Assembly (NCBI RefSeq): GCF_009914755.1
Contig: NC_060935.1
DNA: 64,000 bases
Strand: one strand, 5' to 3'
DNA from: the human T2T-CHM13v2.0 reference genome, Homo sapiens
The translations under genes were made by a program, and so were the position numbers. Under the pieces are notes generated by a model. The model was not told where the DNA came from, searched no databases, and saw only the letters and a program-made list of their open reading frames with translations. Positions 61,741 to 64,000 of the stretch are shown piece by piece (the first letter of the stretch is position 1; each line of letters starts with the position of its first letter).

Positions 61741-62475
61741 TGCTGCCACATCATGTTAACAAGAGCTCAAATCAAGTCATACCCATATCTTGGAAAATCT
61801 AAGGGCTCCTCATGAATTTTTCACTTAACTACATGCTGTGAAGTTCAATCTTTGAATTCCTTGCTAACCCTTGTAGCATCATATTCCCTGACTATTCTAC
61901 CCTACACTAAAGCCAATCAAACTGGCTGACTTGTTCCTGGATCACTTTACTTATGTTTTTGTTCATGCTGTTTCCTTTATCTGAAATGCCCTTCTTCAAT
62001 GTTTTCCATAATAATTCCAAAGTCCACCACTCCTTAAATAATCATATCAAAGATATTGATTTTGTTGGTGTCTTTTCTTGTTATTACAAATAAATTTGTT
62101 ACCTGTTATTTCAGTCTAAATACAACACTGCTTACAAACTTTTTACAATCAGAGTCTCTATTGTAGGGTAGTGATTTATCTAAATAATTAGAAAGTATAT
62201 ACTGAGCACAAAGACAAACCTTACCTATCTTTGTATCCTCCAACAATACTATCTCAGTACCCTGGATTGGTGGTTTTGTTAAACTAAAGTTATAGTTCCA
62301 AAACATTAAAGAAATTCACTTGCAAGGCAAAAGAAATTTAAATTTCCGTTTAATTTTGTATATATTTAGAGAAAAGATACAAAAAAGACGAAAAGCAAGA
62401 GCACTGTAAAAGATAGGAAATGCTAAAAAGATAAAATAAGTGAGGTAGAAACGTTTAGTTCCTTTTTAAAGTACA

Positions 62476-63551
62476 TTATTATTTTTATTTTATTATTATT
62501 TATTTCAATAGTGTTTTGGGAAACAGGTGGTGTTTGGTTACATGAATAAGTACTTTAGTGGTGATTTCTGAGATTTTGGTGCACCCATCACCCAAGCAGT
62601 GTGCACTGTACCCAATGTGTAGTCTTTTGTCCCTCACCCCCCAACACCCTTTCCCCGAGTCCCCAAAATCCATTATATCAATCTTATGCCTTGTGTTCTC
62701 ATAGCTTAGCTCCCAAATATGAGTGAGAACATGATGTTTGGTTTTCCATTCCTGAGTTACTTCACTTAGAATAATAGTCTCCAGTTCCATCCAGGTTGCT
62801 GCAAATGCCATTATTCCATTCCTTTTTATGGCTGAGTAGTATTCCATGGTATACATATACCACGCTTTCTTTACCCACTTGTTGATTGATGAGCACTTGG
62901 GCTGGTTCCATATTTTTGCAATTGCTAATTATGCTGCTATAAACATGCATGTGCAAGCATCTTTTTTGTATAATGACTTCTTTTCCTCTGGGTAAATATC
63001 TAGTAGTGGGATTGCTGGATCAAATGGTAGATCTACTTTTAGTTCTTTAAGTAATCTCCACACTGTTTTCCACAGTGGTTGTACTAGTTTACATCCCTAC
63101 CAACAGTGTAGAAGTGTTCCCTTTTCACCACATCAACAATTATTATTTTTGATCATTTGATTATGTCCAGTTTTGCAAGAGCAAGATGGTATCACATTGT
63201 GGTTTTGATTTGCATTTCCCTGATCATTAGTGATATTCAGCATTTTTTCATGTTTGTTGGCCATTTGTATATCTTCTTTTCAGAACTGTGTATTCATATT
63301 CTTAGCCCACTTTTGATGGATTATTTTTTTTTTCTTGCTGATTTGTTTGAGTTCCTTGTAGATTCTGGACATTAGTCCTTTGTCGGTTGTACAGATTGTG
63401 CAAATTGTCTCCCACTATATGGGTTATCTGGTTACTCGGCTGATTATTTCTTTTGCTCTGCAGCTTTTTAGTTTAATTAAGTCCCATCTATTTATCTTTG
63501 ATTTTTGTTGTCGTTGTTGTGTTGTTTTGCATTTGTTTTTGGGTTCTTAGT
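62476..63551 (-). mobile_element. L1PB (L1PB1-like) 3' portion
   Basis: 'tttcaatag.gttttgggaaacaggtggtgtttggttacatgaataag'; ORF2 C-terminal peptide 'YTMEYYSAIKRN.IMAFAATWMELE'. Confidence 0.92.
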
Positions 63552-63915
63552 TGATATTGTTTGGTTGTGTCCCCACCCAAATGTCATCTTGAATTCCCAT
63601 GTGTTGTGGGAGGGACCCAGTGGGAGGTAACTGAATCATGGGTAACTTTCCTGTGTTATTCTTGTGAAAGTGAGTAAGTCTCAGGAGATCTGATGGAATT
63701 ATAAAACTCCCTTTTATAAGCCCATTGATGGGTTTATAAGAGAGCTCTCCTCTCTTTACCCACCTCCATCCATGTAAGACATGACTTGCTCCTCCTTGCC
63801 TTCCTCCATGATTGTGAGGCCTCCTCAGCCAAGTGAACTGTAAGTCCAATTTTCTTTTGTAAATTGCCCAATTTTGTATATGTCTTTATCAGCAGCATGA
63901 AAATGGACTAATACA
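63552..63915 (+). mobile_element. THE1 (B/C-like) 5' LTR
   Basis: 'tgatattgtttggttgtgtccccacccaa' to 'aaaatggactaataca'. Confidence 0.92.
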
Positions 63916-63982
63916 GTAAATTGGTACCAGTAGAGTAGAGCACTGGTGAAAAGATACCTGAAAATGTGGAAGCAACTTTGAA
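63916..63982 (+). mobile_element. Start of THE1 internal region
   Basis: 'gtaaattggtaccagtagagt...aagatacctgaaaatgtggaagcaactttg' directly after the LTR. Confidence 0.85.
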
Positions 63983-64000
63983 TTTTCACCTCTTGTGGGA

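Overview
Human genomic DNA. It is AT-rich, CpG-poor and repeat-dense, and looks intergenic or deep-intronic; a near-consensus AluYb8 at 55010 points to human origin. I found no protein-coding exon of a host gene, no RNA gene and no CRISPR array. The only full-length ORF with a recognisable product is a processed pseudogene of RPL36AL (eL42-like, minus strand, 60089-60606). The rest is layered mobile-element history: Alus (J, S, Y, a Yd-type and Yb8), L1s (three with twin-priming 5' inversions), solo LTRs of HERV-K(HML-2) (LTR5A) and HERV-H (LTR7), MaLR LTRs, an old ERVL remnant, both human mariners (full-length Hsmar1 and an Hsmar2 fragment), MER hAT elements, MIR and L2. I do not see a new multi-gene system. 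The best leads are (i) a solo LTR7 with intact TATA and SOX-type motifs facing a consensus splice donor, a candidate lncRNA promoter; (ii) a ~135-bp locally templated insertion inside an AluJ that preserves the pre-AluYb8 empty site; (iii) two micro template-switch (dup-inv-dup) scars; and (iv) a retrocopy of a retrogene that keeps Lys38. Subfamily names come from recalled consensus sequences and need RepeatMasker/Dfam confirmation; boundaries of old elements are approximate.
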